Source: Octopus vulgaris (Eukaryota). From it: a stretch of 64,000 nt of DNA. Below the pieces are notes generated by a model. It saw only the letters and a program-made list of their open reading frames with translations, was not told the DNA's origin and did not search any database. The position numbers and the translations under genes are program-made. Below, one piece after another: positions 53,352-64,000 of the stretch. The stretch covers positions 6,634,001 through 6,698,000 of the forward strand of contig OX597824.1 of assembly GCA_951406725.2 (NCBI GenBank), written 5' to 3'. Within the stretch, counting starts at the first letter, position 1; every line of letters starts with the position of its first letter.

Positions 53352-55919
53352 CTGAAAAATAAAAGAACAACAAAAACATAAGTAATAATGCACAAATGAT
53401 TTACACACACACACACACACATCATCATCATCATATATATATATATGTGTCATGATGATGATGATGACACACACACATATATATATATATATATAAATGA
53501 AATACAGTCTAGTAACTCATAATTTTACCCTTTTATTTTTCGTGTCCCTAAAACATATTCAGTTATCAAATATACAAACGTGTAACCTGCATAGTTTGTG
53601 TCAACAGATGCACGTTATGAGCCGTTTGCTATAAACATGAAGACATAACTGTTCCAAAACAAAATTGAAAAGTTTGTTCTGAAAACTCCTCGTGGCCTGC
53701 CTTATCTAAATGTGGTTTCCAAATGGAAATATTCTGGATTTTAGTGAGTTTATTTGTCTGTTTGAAAAGCAGGTTTCATTCTTGCATCAAAAGAATTTTA
53801 TGTTTGGTTTAAGTCTTAGTGAAGCTGGTTGTTTCTGGTCAAAATATTTTACCTGTTTTGCATTCAAACTGGCCAGATCGGGCCTCACACCAACCTCATA
53901 GCATTAAAGGAAAGAAAATAAAAACCACATCATCAAGATCTGAAACTGGTGGTGTTATGGAGACTAAAGCCAGTTCTGAGGATCAGAGACCAAGCAGTAG
54001 TTAGCACATCAGTGGGCTACAGGCTGGAACACTTTACATCAACCAGTCAGGTGGTTCTTTGCTGGATGGGGTCTCAGATGTCTGTGTATGCAAGTAGAAG
54101 CAGCATCTTTGTAGATAACATCCAGAAAGCAGATGTGGGGATATTCCTCTGCCGTGGGCCTCACCTAAGCTTTGTAAAGAGTGAATAACTGCAGGGGCTG
54201 AAATATCTTCTGGCCTTGAAAAAAAAAGGGTCAGTCATTGGGATGTAGTCCTATGTTAAGGATTTCATGGTTCTGCACATTTTAATAATTTATTTGTGAT
54301 ATTAATACATGGATCTTACAGTTGGGTGCCTTTTCTAAGCCTAATTATTAAACATATAATTCTCTTTGAGATTTTAGAATAATGGGCACATTTTTAACAC
54401 TTAATCTACTGATGAAGCCTGCACATAACCCTTTGACCTGATAGAAATAGCAACCAAGTGTCCCACAAATAACATCTTATTGTCATTAGATAATGGGTAT
54501 CATGTTCTCTGAACCCAGGAAAAAAATAGGATGGGTGGCTGGAAAGTCTTTCATTACAAAAACAAGATATATATTAAGAAGAAGGCGGTGAGCTGGCAGA
54601 AACATTAGCACACCGGGCAAAATGCTTAGTGGTATTTCGTTTCTCTTTATGTTCTGAGTTCAAATTCCACCGAGGTCGACTTTGCCTTTTATCCTTTTGG
54701 GGTCAATAAATTAAGTATCAGTTGTGTACTGGGGTCGATCTAATCGACTGGCCCCCTCCCCAAAAATTTCGGGCCTTGTGCCTAGAGTAGAACAGAATTT
54801 ATATTAAGCAGGGCTGAGTTGGGGCTGAACAATAACAACAACAACAACAACAACTGTTTCTTATTTAAGCACAAGGCTATCAATTTTGTATGGAGAGAAT
54901 CTTTGTTGTTACTACTGACCCCAGTATGTAACTGGTACTATATTTTATGGAGCTTGAAAACGATGAAAGGCAATAGTAACCTTGGCAGGATTTGAACTCT
55001 CATACTGTAAAGAGCTGGAACAAACACTGCAAGGCATTTTTTTGCTAATGCTTTAATGATTCTGCTAGTAGTAGTAGTAGTAGCAGTAGAAGAAGAAGAA
55101 GAAGACGATGACGACAACCACCACCACCACCACTATTATTATTATTATTATCACCACCCTTAACACTAAAAACTCATTATAAAAAATTTATATGCAAATA
55201 ACACACACAAATCCAGAGGTGGGGGAAGCAGAGTAGGGGGGAAAATGGGAGGAATTAGGAACTTAGCAATTTATAATTTGGTTTACATTAATCCCAGTGG
55301 TGCCGCCTTTCTTCATCAGGTGTACAACGATGTATGAATCGCTAAACAATATCATATATTGAATTGAAATATCCAGAAAAATTAGACGCTAATGAAAGAA
55401 AATCTTGGTGCAAATTACAGCGACAGAACATGTCACCAAAGTTTGTAAAGAAGCTTAGAATAATTTTGTCACATATAAATATAAAACTAGAGAAGTAATG
55501 ACAAAAGGTTTTTCCTTCGTATATTAATTTATCTATTTAGTTATTTGCTTACGTATTCGTGTATTTATATACGTGTTTGTATATAAATTTACGTATGAAT
55601 TTATGAGTGTGCATTTGTCTCTGGTGAAAAAGATCAACAGCGATATATTATTCATCAGTTTAAAAGAGAGGAGAAAGAAAGAAAAAAAATATACAATCGA
55701 ATGAAATACGATAAGATAAGCTAAAATAAATAACTTTTTAAAATGTGACAGAGAAACTTCTTACATCGGTAAGAACTTGTTTTAAATTCTGTCCTTACGT
55801 ACGTGTAGTAGTGGCACATATTGCAATATATAACACGTATAATGATATTTTCCATTATACAATAAGACAAATACACATAAATACAGGAGCAAAGAAATAT
55901 ATATATTATAAATGTATGA

Positions 55920-55952
<33 letters not shown>

Positions 55953-55953
55953 C

Positions 55954-56004
<51 letters not shown>

Positions 56005-56075
56005 TCTATACATTTATATATATACATGCAAATAAGTACATAGGTATGTGTGTGTATATATATATCTATATGTAT

Positions 56076-56121
<46 letters not shown>

Positions 56122-56199
56122 GCATATACGTACATTATAAGTATATATATATACATGCATATACGTACATTATAAGTATATATAACGTATATATATAAC

Positions 56200-56230
<31 letters not shown>

Positions 56231-57138
56231 TACATTATATATACATATATTTCTATACATATATACATACATACATATCTATCAATATATATATATATAT
56301 ATATATATATTTACACATACACACATACATAAACATATATATATATATATATATATACTCATACATATACACATACATATATACATATATGTATATGTGT
56401 GTGCACACAAATATATACATATACACACACATGTACCACCTGCCCACACAGACACATATAACCACGCATTACTCTCATGAAGCTTCGAACAACTTCAGGA
56501 TTATTGAAGATGGTGAGAGAGAAAAAAAAGGGGGGGGGACCTGGTGGTGATAATAGATTTTAAAATTCCCATCATGCAGTTCATGCTAAATATTTTATAT
56601 CTCATAATTAGGACTAAAAGAAAACAAAGCAAAAACAAAAGCAAAAACAAAACACTTATAAAATATCTATATACACAGAAACACCTAAAATTCCCACCAC
56701 CTCCTCTATGCATACTCATATAGGGGCATACATAGATGTGAGTGTACACTACGTGTGGAAAAAAGTATGTAAGCAAGGGGGGGGGGTGAGAAAGGAAAAA
56801 AGGAAAAATAAAACTGAACACAGTGGAAGGCTATTTAGCTGAAGAAAATTATACTCTATTTAAATTAGGAAATATTTGACAGAGACTTGACTTTGGTTTA
56901 TCCTAAATTGCAAACACCAAATCATGTTTAAAATCTGGAATAAAGTTTTTATCGAGATAATTGAAATAATCACACTGACACACACGTATATGCATATATA
57001 CAAGCATAATATATATTTTTATATATATATATATATATACATACATATATACATACATATATATATATGTGTGTGTGTGTATGTAAATCCACATATACTT
57101 ATATATATATAAAATCTGTATTGGCACTTATATATTAT

Positions 57139-57235
<97 letters not shown>

Positions 57236-57388
57236 CACACACATACATATATATATATTATATATATACATATATATACATATATATATATACATATATA
57301 TATACACACACACATATATATATATGTATATATATATACATACATATACATATATCAAAGCATACTCACATATATAAAGAAGCATGTG

Positions 57389-57432
<44 letters not shown>

Positions 57433-57492
57433 TATGTCTACATGTGAGTATATGTATATGTACTCACATATACACATACACATATGTATGTC

Positions 57493-57535
<43 letters not shown>

Positions 57536-57959
57536 GTAAGATCAGTAACCTGGACACTCACACACAAACACACGCATGCATATATATTCACCTAAGAGAG
57601 AAGCACGTACATTAGACCACACCACGACAACAACCACCACTACCACCTCAACCACCACCACCACCACCACCGCACTCTGCCGGTTTCTAATACACACTGC
57701 CTTAATTATAAGGCAATGTGCATTACCAAGTGTTGAGAAAAGTTTTTCTGAGCCAAGATTACCCGCATGCATATATCTCCCAGAGTTTAATGTGTGGTGA
57801 GACACGTTTCACGACTCGGCTCCATCATTACGACTCCGCTGTTTACACATAATGTCCACCTCAAAGTCAGGACATAACACAAAATATTCACAACGACAAA
57901 CAATCACTTGTTTTGTTTTTACTTTTTGTGTTTTCCCCTTTTTTATTTTTAACATAACA

Positions 57960-58016
57960 ACGATAATGATGATATCATCATTATCGTTGTTGTTGTGGTT
58001 GCTAGTATCATTATTA

Positions 58017-58060
<44 letters not shown>

Positions 58061-58559
58061 TTGGTTTGGCTCAGGTTCGGTCTTATTCCTAGAAGGAATT
58101 GTTATCATTATTATTATTATTATTATCATCATTATCATTATCATCATCATCATTATCATTATCGTTATTATTATTGTTACTATTATTATTAGATTTCTTT
58201 CATTTCTCTTCTTTCAAACGAATTATCATGCTCATCATCATAATCCACAACAACAAAGAATAAAAGTATCATCATCATCATCATAACTACGATCATCATT
58301 TTCCTCTTCCTCCTCATCGCCACCATCACTATCATCAAAATCATCACCACCATCACCACCACCACCATCACCATCATCATCATCTCATCATCATCATAAC
58401 CACGATCATCATTTTCCTCTTCTTCCTCATCGCCATCATCACTATCACTATCATCATCATCATCATCATTGTCACCGTCATCATCATCATCATCATCGTC
58501 ACCATCGTCATCATTGTCACCATCACTATCATCAAAATCACCACGACCATCACCACCAC

Positions 58560-58622
<63 letters not shown>

Positions 58623-58680
58623 TGTCGTCACCGTCATCATCATCACCATCGTCAGCCTTGCCCTTATGGTCGTCAGCATC
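57960..58680. repeat. (ATT)n/(CAT)n/(CAC)n triplet array
   Basis: Seen directly, with an internal duplication of about 80-130 bp (cataacYacgatcatcattttcctctt). Confidence 0.9.
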
Positions 58681-59235
58681 GGCACCAGTGCCAGTGCTTT
58701 GCATTCCAATTACTGTTATTATTTACACGGAGAGTTGATGCATAAAATAGGGTTCATCAAAATGGTTGGCGAGAGTCAAAGTATTATCTTCTCATCAGAG
58801 AAGACAAAATATCAACATTACTATTCATCTGCAGCAGCAAAAACAGACAGAAAACAAAAAAAAACAAAACAAAACAAATCCGATACATACAAACATATAC
58901 GCGTGTGTGTGTTTGTGTGTATATATATGTATATATGCATATACATTTATATATGTGTGTGTATAAATATATTTATATATATGTATGCATATATTTATAT
59001 ATGTATGTTTGTGTATAAATATATGTGTGTATATAATGTATGTATGTGTATGTATATATATATACATATATATGTATATATATATGTGTGTGTGTATATG
59101 ATGTATGTGTATATACATACATATATACACATATATATATATATACATATATATGTACAAATACATATATGCATATATATGTACAAATACATATATATAC
59201 ACACACATATATATATATATGTGTATATATATATA

Positions 59236-59275
<40 letters not shown>

Positions 59276-59717
59276 CACACACACATAGATAGAGGTACGG
59301 TAGGAGGGACAGGAGACAATGGATGAGGGGAAGAAATAAGCTTGCAAAAAATAGATTCAGCATCAGAGAAGAATGTATTGTTGTCACCGTGAAGCAAGAT
59401 TGACGTGTATTGACACACACAGAGATACAGGAATCGCATTTTTATTTTTCTCTTTTTACTTATTCAAGAATGCTGGAGAGAGACACCAGGAGAGAGAGGG
59501 GGAGGAGGGAGTGGAGGGAAAAGGTAGAGAGAGAGAGACATTACAACTTATAAAAACAAATAAACAAACAAAAAAACAGAGAAAAACCCTAGTGAAATGT
59601 AGTGCTTATCTGCAACAGTGGGTTCTTCATCAAAAGGGTCAGAAGAGAAGGACAGGTTCGGGTCATGCATACAATGGATGTTTCGGTTATACATGGAGTG
59701 CATAGGGGCTACTTGAA

Positions 59718-59750
<33 letters not shown>

Positions 59751-59789
59751 GTGTGCGAGAGTGTGTGTGTGTGTATGTGTGTGTGTGCG

Positions 59790-59825
<36 letters not shown>

Positions 59826-61774
59826 AATGCAAGCATGTATGGATATATGTGTGTGCGTATTTGTGAGTGTGTATATAAATGCAAGCATGTATGAATAAAT
59901 ATATGTGTGTGTGTATATACATGCAAGTATGTATGGATGTGTGTGTGTGTGTGTGTGTGTCAGTGCACATATATAGGTACTGGTGTAGCTGTGTGATAAG
60001 AAGCTTGCTTCCCAACCATATGGTTGGTGGTTCAGTCCCACTAGGTGATACATTGGGCGGGTGTCTTTTACTGTAGCTCCATGCCCACCAAAGCCTTGTG
60101 AGTGGATTGGGATGACAGAAACTGAAAGAAGCCAGTTGCTATTATGTTAAACTGTTGTATGTCCAAATTTGGTCAAACACGGGTTTTTTTTTTCAATATT
60201 TATTTTTTCTAGGTGGCGAGCTGGCAGAATTGTTAACATGCTGGGCGAAATGCGTAGCTGTATTTCGTCTGCCGTTACATTCTGAGTTCAAATTCCGCCG
60301 AGGTCGACTTTGCCTTTCATCCTTTCGGAGTTGATAAATTAAGTACCAGTTACGCACTGGGGATCGATGTAATTGACTTAATCTGTTTATCTGTCCTTGT
60401 TTGTCCTCTGTGTGTTTAGCCGCTTGTGGGTAGTAAAGAAATAGGTATTTCGTTTGTCATTATGTTCTGAGTTCAAATTCCACAAGGGTCTATTTTGCCT
60501 TTCATCCTTTCGGGATCAATAAATTAAGTATCAGTTGCATACTGGGGTCGATCTAATCAACTGCCCCTGCCCCCAACAAAAAATTTGGACCTTGAGCCTA
60601 GAGTAGAAAAGAATATTTATTTTTGCTTGGAAAAGCCAGTTCTTTTGGTCAAACTATCGTATCTCCAGCTGCTTCAGATGCTGAGATATCAAAAGTTGTC
60701 AAAGTGTAGTACAATGGTCTGGCTATGGAATGGTGAAACTATTTTTTCGTTTTCTGAAAATATGTTTTGGACTTACGATACACGTTTGTGTGCGTGTGTG
60801 TGTGTGTGTGTTTTCTATCGGTGCTGCTTGACAAATGGTCTCAGTTTGGTTATGTCCCTGTAACCAAGGACTTCAGCAAAAAGAATCTGGCAGAAACGTT
60901 AGCACGCCAGGCGAAATGCTTAGCGGTATTTCGTCTGCTGCTACATTCTGAGTTCAAATTCCGCCGAGGTCAACTTTGCCTTTCATCCTTTTGGGGTTGA
61001 TAAATTAAGTACCAGTTATGCACTGAGGTCGATAAAATCTACTTAATCCGTTTGTCTGTCCTTGTTTGTCCTCTCTGTGTGTAGCCCCTTGTGGGTAGTA
61101 AAGAAATAAGAATAAGTACTAGACTTGGTAAAAAAACAAAAAACTGTGTCCCAGCATGGCCGTTGCTTAATGATTGAAACGAGTAAAAGATAAAAGATAT
61201 ATATGTGTATGTAAAGTTGTCTGTCTGCCAGTATGTCTATAGCTGTGCATGTATGCATTTTTCTCATGTCTATTTCAGTAAGAGAAATAAAATAGAAAAA
61301 GAGAAGTAAAAAAAAACAAAAAGACTTCCATATTCCGTATGCTGTTTGCGTTACACAAACGTCTACAAAGAAATGTCTTGTATACATATACTTAAATAAG
61401 TATTTCATAAAATGCTGCACCTGCATCGCAATGAGAAAGAAATGCACACAGATGCACACACAGATGTTATGTCAAAGAATCAAAAACAAAAAAAAGCAAC
61501 CACAGAGAGAGACTGTATTGTTTATACAACTGGAAGAATAAGGACATATGAAAACAATTCCAGTTTGTTAAATGCAAGTCTCCACCAAAATATACAGCAG
61601 ATTCTGAAGAATTCTTGAAACAATCATGGACAGAGTAACCGAAGTAGAGACAGGAAACTTGTATAAAAAGGAAAATGGATATCCGGAAATTATGTGTACT
61701 TTAGATGTATTTCTCTTGTTTGTGGATAAACCTTGTATTTCAGGATAATGTGGTATTAGTTGCTGTTGCTGGTT

Positions 61775-62135
61775 TGTTTGTTTGTTGAGCGAAGCGGTCT
61801 TCGTCCCATTTGTCTGTAGTGGGAGAAGTCCGAAACGTGGTGCTTTGCTATTCGTAAGACCCGCAGAAGAGAAAGCAGGTCAACCCACGACGGATGGATG
61901 AATGTGCATCCAGGCTCAGTGGTTGCGTAGGAAGTCGGGGACAAGAAACAGGAAGAAAGAGTGAGAGAAAGTTGGAACGAAAGAGTACAACAGGAGTCGC
62001 CACCACCCCCTGCCAGAGCCTCATGGAGCTTTAGGTGTTTTCGCTCAATAAACACACACAATGCCCAGAGAATCGAAACCGCAATCCTCCGACCACAAGT
62101 CTGCTGCTCTAACCACTGGGCCATTGCGCCTCCGC
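61775..62135 (-). mobile_element. tRNA-derived SINE (family D)
   Basis: Head ggaggcgcaatggcccagtggttagagcagcagac...ggtttcgattc (A and B boxes), unique body, (AAAC)n tail. Confidence 0.75.
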
Positions 62136-62292
62136 TGTTGCTAGTTAACAACTGCTTTGTTCCTGATTGAAAAGACTTATGACCAATGGTGTTCCTCTTA
62201 TACTAGTGATAGAGCATCTAGGACTACATTATTTGAACTCAATATTTACATTATTTACATTGGAAGGCTATGTGTCCTCATCTTGTTTGTTG

Positions 62293-62340
62293 TTACCACA
62301 ATGTTTCAGCTGATTTACTCTCCAGCCTTCATCAGGTGTC
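62293..62340 (-). ncRNA. Inverted, slightly decayed copy of the same hammerhead motif
   Basis: Minus strand reads gacac CTGATGA aggctggagagtaaatcagct GAAA cattgtggt. CpG decay (CGTT to CATT) breaks the helix III palindrome. Confidence 0.6.
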
Positions 62341-62833
62341 TTGGTAGAATTTTGGACCCAACCCTGGGTTCTCATTCCTAAGATATTTTTTTGCTGATGT
62401 TATTATTATTATCATTTATTCAAGGCTCTGGAATCTTGGGGTTAGTAGCCCACGCTCTTAACCATTACGCTATATGCCCATGGGCAATTATAGAGTGAAT
62501 TTTAGGGCTTATAAACCCAACATTTTCCTATCCTTCCTTAATAGCGGTTCCCGTATTCAATTCATATTTGCACCAGGTCTGCTTAGGGGGTTATTGTGTC
62601 TAGTGCAGATATGAATAGTATACAGGAACCAGTATTAAGGAAGGATGCAAAAATATTAGGTTTATAAATTCACTCTATAATTGCTCACGGGCATGATGGT
62701 TAAGAGCATGAGCTATTAACCCCAAGAGTGCAACTTCAATTCTGGGTAGTGCCTTGAATAAATAATAATAATAACATCATCAAAAAAATACCTTAGAAAT
62801 GAGAGCCCAGGGTTAGATTCAGAATTCTACCAG

Positions 62834-62879
62834 GACACCTGATGAAGGCTGGAGAGTATATCAGCCGAAACGTTGTGGT
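62834..62879 (+). ncRNA. Minimal type-I hammerhead ribozyme motif (Penelope-like-element type)
   Basis: gacac-CTGATGA(62839-45)-a-ggctgg/agagtata/tcagcc-GAAA(62867-70)-CG-TT-gtggt. Core is intact, stem II is 6 bp, palindromic AACGTT replaces helix III, GUU triplet, short helix I. Confidence 0.75.
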
Positions 62880-63289
62880 GACAACAAACAAGATGAGGAC
62901 ATGCATCCATCCATTGTAAATTCCTCATCTCCAAAATATAGAACATTATTTTTAAAGGAAGTTTTAGCTTGTGGATTAGTCAGAAGAGGAAAGGCAGCCT
63001 GTGCCCCATTCTTTATCTTTGGGCAGAGACCTAGCAACTTGAAGGAAAGGTAAGACCATAATCTTTCTTATGAGACCAGAGCTCAAGAATTGGAAGATAA
63101 GAAGAGCTTGTAAACTATTTTTTCAGAAGACTTTAAGACTGGAGAAAGCAACTTATGCATGACAGCTACAAGTACCTTATTGCATGCAATACCACAGTCA
63201 TGGTATCGATCAGACTGTCAGACTTTGTTCTAAGTATAACACCATCAATGGTTGCAATGCATTTCATGTTGTTTTAGCTTTTGAATGAT

Positions 63290-64000
63290 GCCACCCTGCT
63301 GGCTAGTCCAGTGGGCCCACATACCATGTGCTGGCTAGGCATGCAGGCCCACATAACCCCTGGTTAGTAGGCAAGCAGGCCCACATATCCCCTGCTGGGT
63401 AGGCAAGCAGGCCCACACACACCCTGCTGGGTAGGTGAGAAGGCCTACATGCCTGCATACCCCCTGCTGGCTAGGCAAGCAAGATACATATCCCCTGCTG
63501 GCTAGGCAAGCAGACCCATATACCCCCTGCTGGATATGTGAGCAGAGCCACATACCCCCCTGCTAGCTAGGCAAGCAGACCCACATACCCCCTGCTGGAT
63601 AGGTGAGCAGGGTCACATGCCCCACTGCTGAGTAGGCAAGCAGGCCCATATACCTCCTGCTGGGTAGGTGAGCAGGGCCACACACCCCCTGTTGAATAGG
63701 TGAGCAAGGCCACATACTCCCTGCTGGTTAGGTGAGCAGGCCCATGCACCCCCCTGCTGGCTAGGAAAGCAGACCCACATACCCCCTGCTGGGTAGGTGA
63801 GCAGGCCTACATGCCTGCATACTCCCCTGCCGGCTAGGCAAGCAAGATACATAACCCTTGCTGGCTAGGCAAGTAGGCTCACATACCCCCTGCTGGTTAG
63901 GTGAGCAGGCCCATACACCCTCCCTGATGGCTAAGCAAGCAGACCCACATACCCTCTGCTGGATAGGTGAGCAGAGCCACATACCCCACTGCTGGGTAGG
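63290..64000. repeat. GC-rich 32-bp minisatellite running off the window end
   Basis: Unit ccacatacccCCTGCTggStaggYRAGCAGGc, about 20 copies with no spacers. Confidence 0.92.

Larger units (their letters stand above)
62253..62921. mobile_element. Fold-back element: two divergent arms, each a tRNA-like head plus hammerhead
   Basis: Arms of about 320 bp (62253-62576 and 62600-62921) are imperfect reverse complements around a ~23-bp spacer. Confidence 0.8.

Noticed and set aside
55290-55345. Minus-strand acac-CTGATGA-a-GAAA, or a C/D-box-like segment
   Set aside because: There is no stem II or UH site, and no convincing C box or terminal stem for a snoRNA.
58189-58709. Asp-rich ORF resembling an acidic biomineralisation protein (also 48290-48685)
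   Set aside because: It is a (GAT)n array open in several frames, with no signal peptide or splice support.
58745-58810. Resemblance to the miR-2/miR-13 3' end (ccattttgatga)
   Set aside because: The ATCACAG seed is absent and there is no precursor hairpin.
62425-62485. tRNA gene calls here and at 18267, 62060-62135 and other SINE heads
   Set aside because: The cloverleaves are incomplete and continue into repeat bodies, so these are tRNA-derived heads rather than genes.
63290-64000. CRISPR-like array of palindromic 32-bp repeats
   Set aside because: There are no unique spacers or cas genes and the context is eukaryotic. It is a minisatellite.
53352-64000. Next upstream MON2 exon (expected ..W..LA..FE.FLF..)
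   Set aside because: I could not find it by eye. It probably lies beyond the window, so the intronic status of this region is inferred.

Overview
This is eukaryotic, AT-rich and extremely microsatellite- and SINE-dense DNA. The SINE families point to an Octopus/coleoid genome, which is an inference. The only confidently identified host gene is the 3' end of MON2 on the minus strand: five exons between 53351 and a TGA stop at 33215, with GT-AG sites and compatible phases. The rest is tRNA-derived SINEs, R4/Dong-like and HERO-like RLE-LINE fragments sitting in (TAA)n arrays, an RTE 3' fragment, a solo LTR and several satellites. Nearly all ORFs in the supplied track are microsatellite or SINE artefacts. 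The most interesting signal is a set of sequence-unrelated fold-back elements carrying minimal type-I hammerhead-ribozyme motifs of the Penelope-like-element kind (about 19.9, 35.1, 41.6 and 62.3/62.8 kb; weaker at 26.0 and 42.1 kb). The best example is a ~670-bp palindrome in which each arm places a tRNA-like Pol III head upstream of a hammerhead. Family names rest on recognised motifs, not database searches, and repeat boundaries are approximate.
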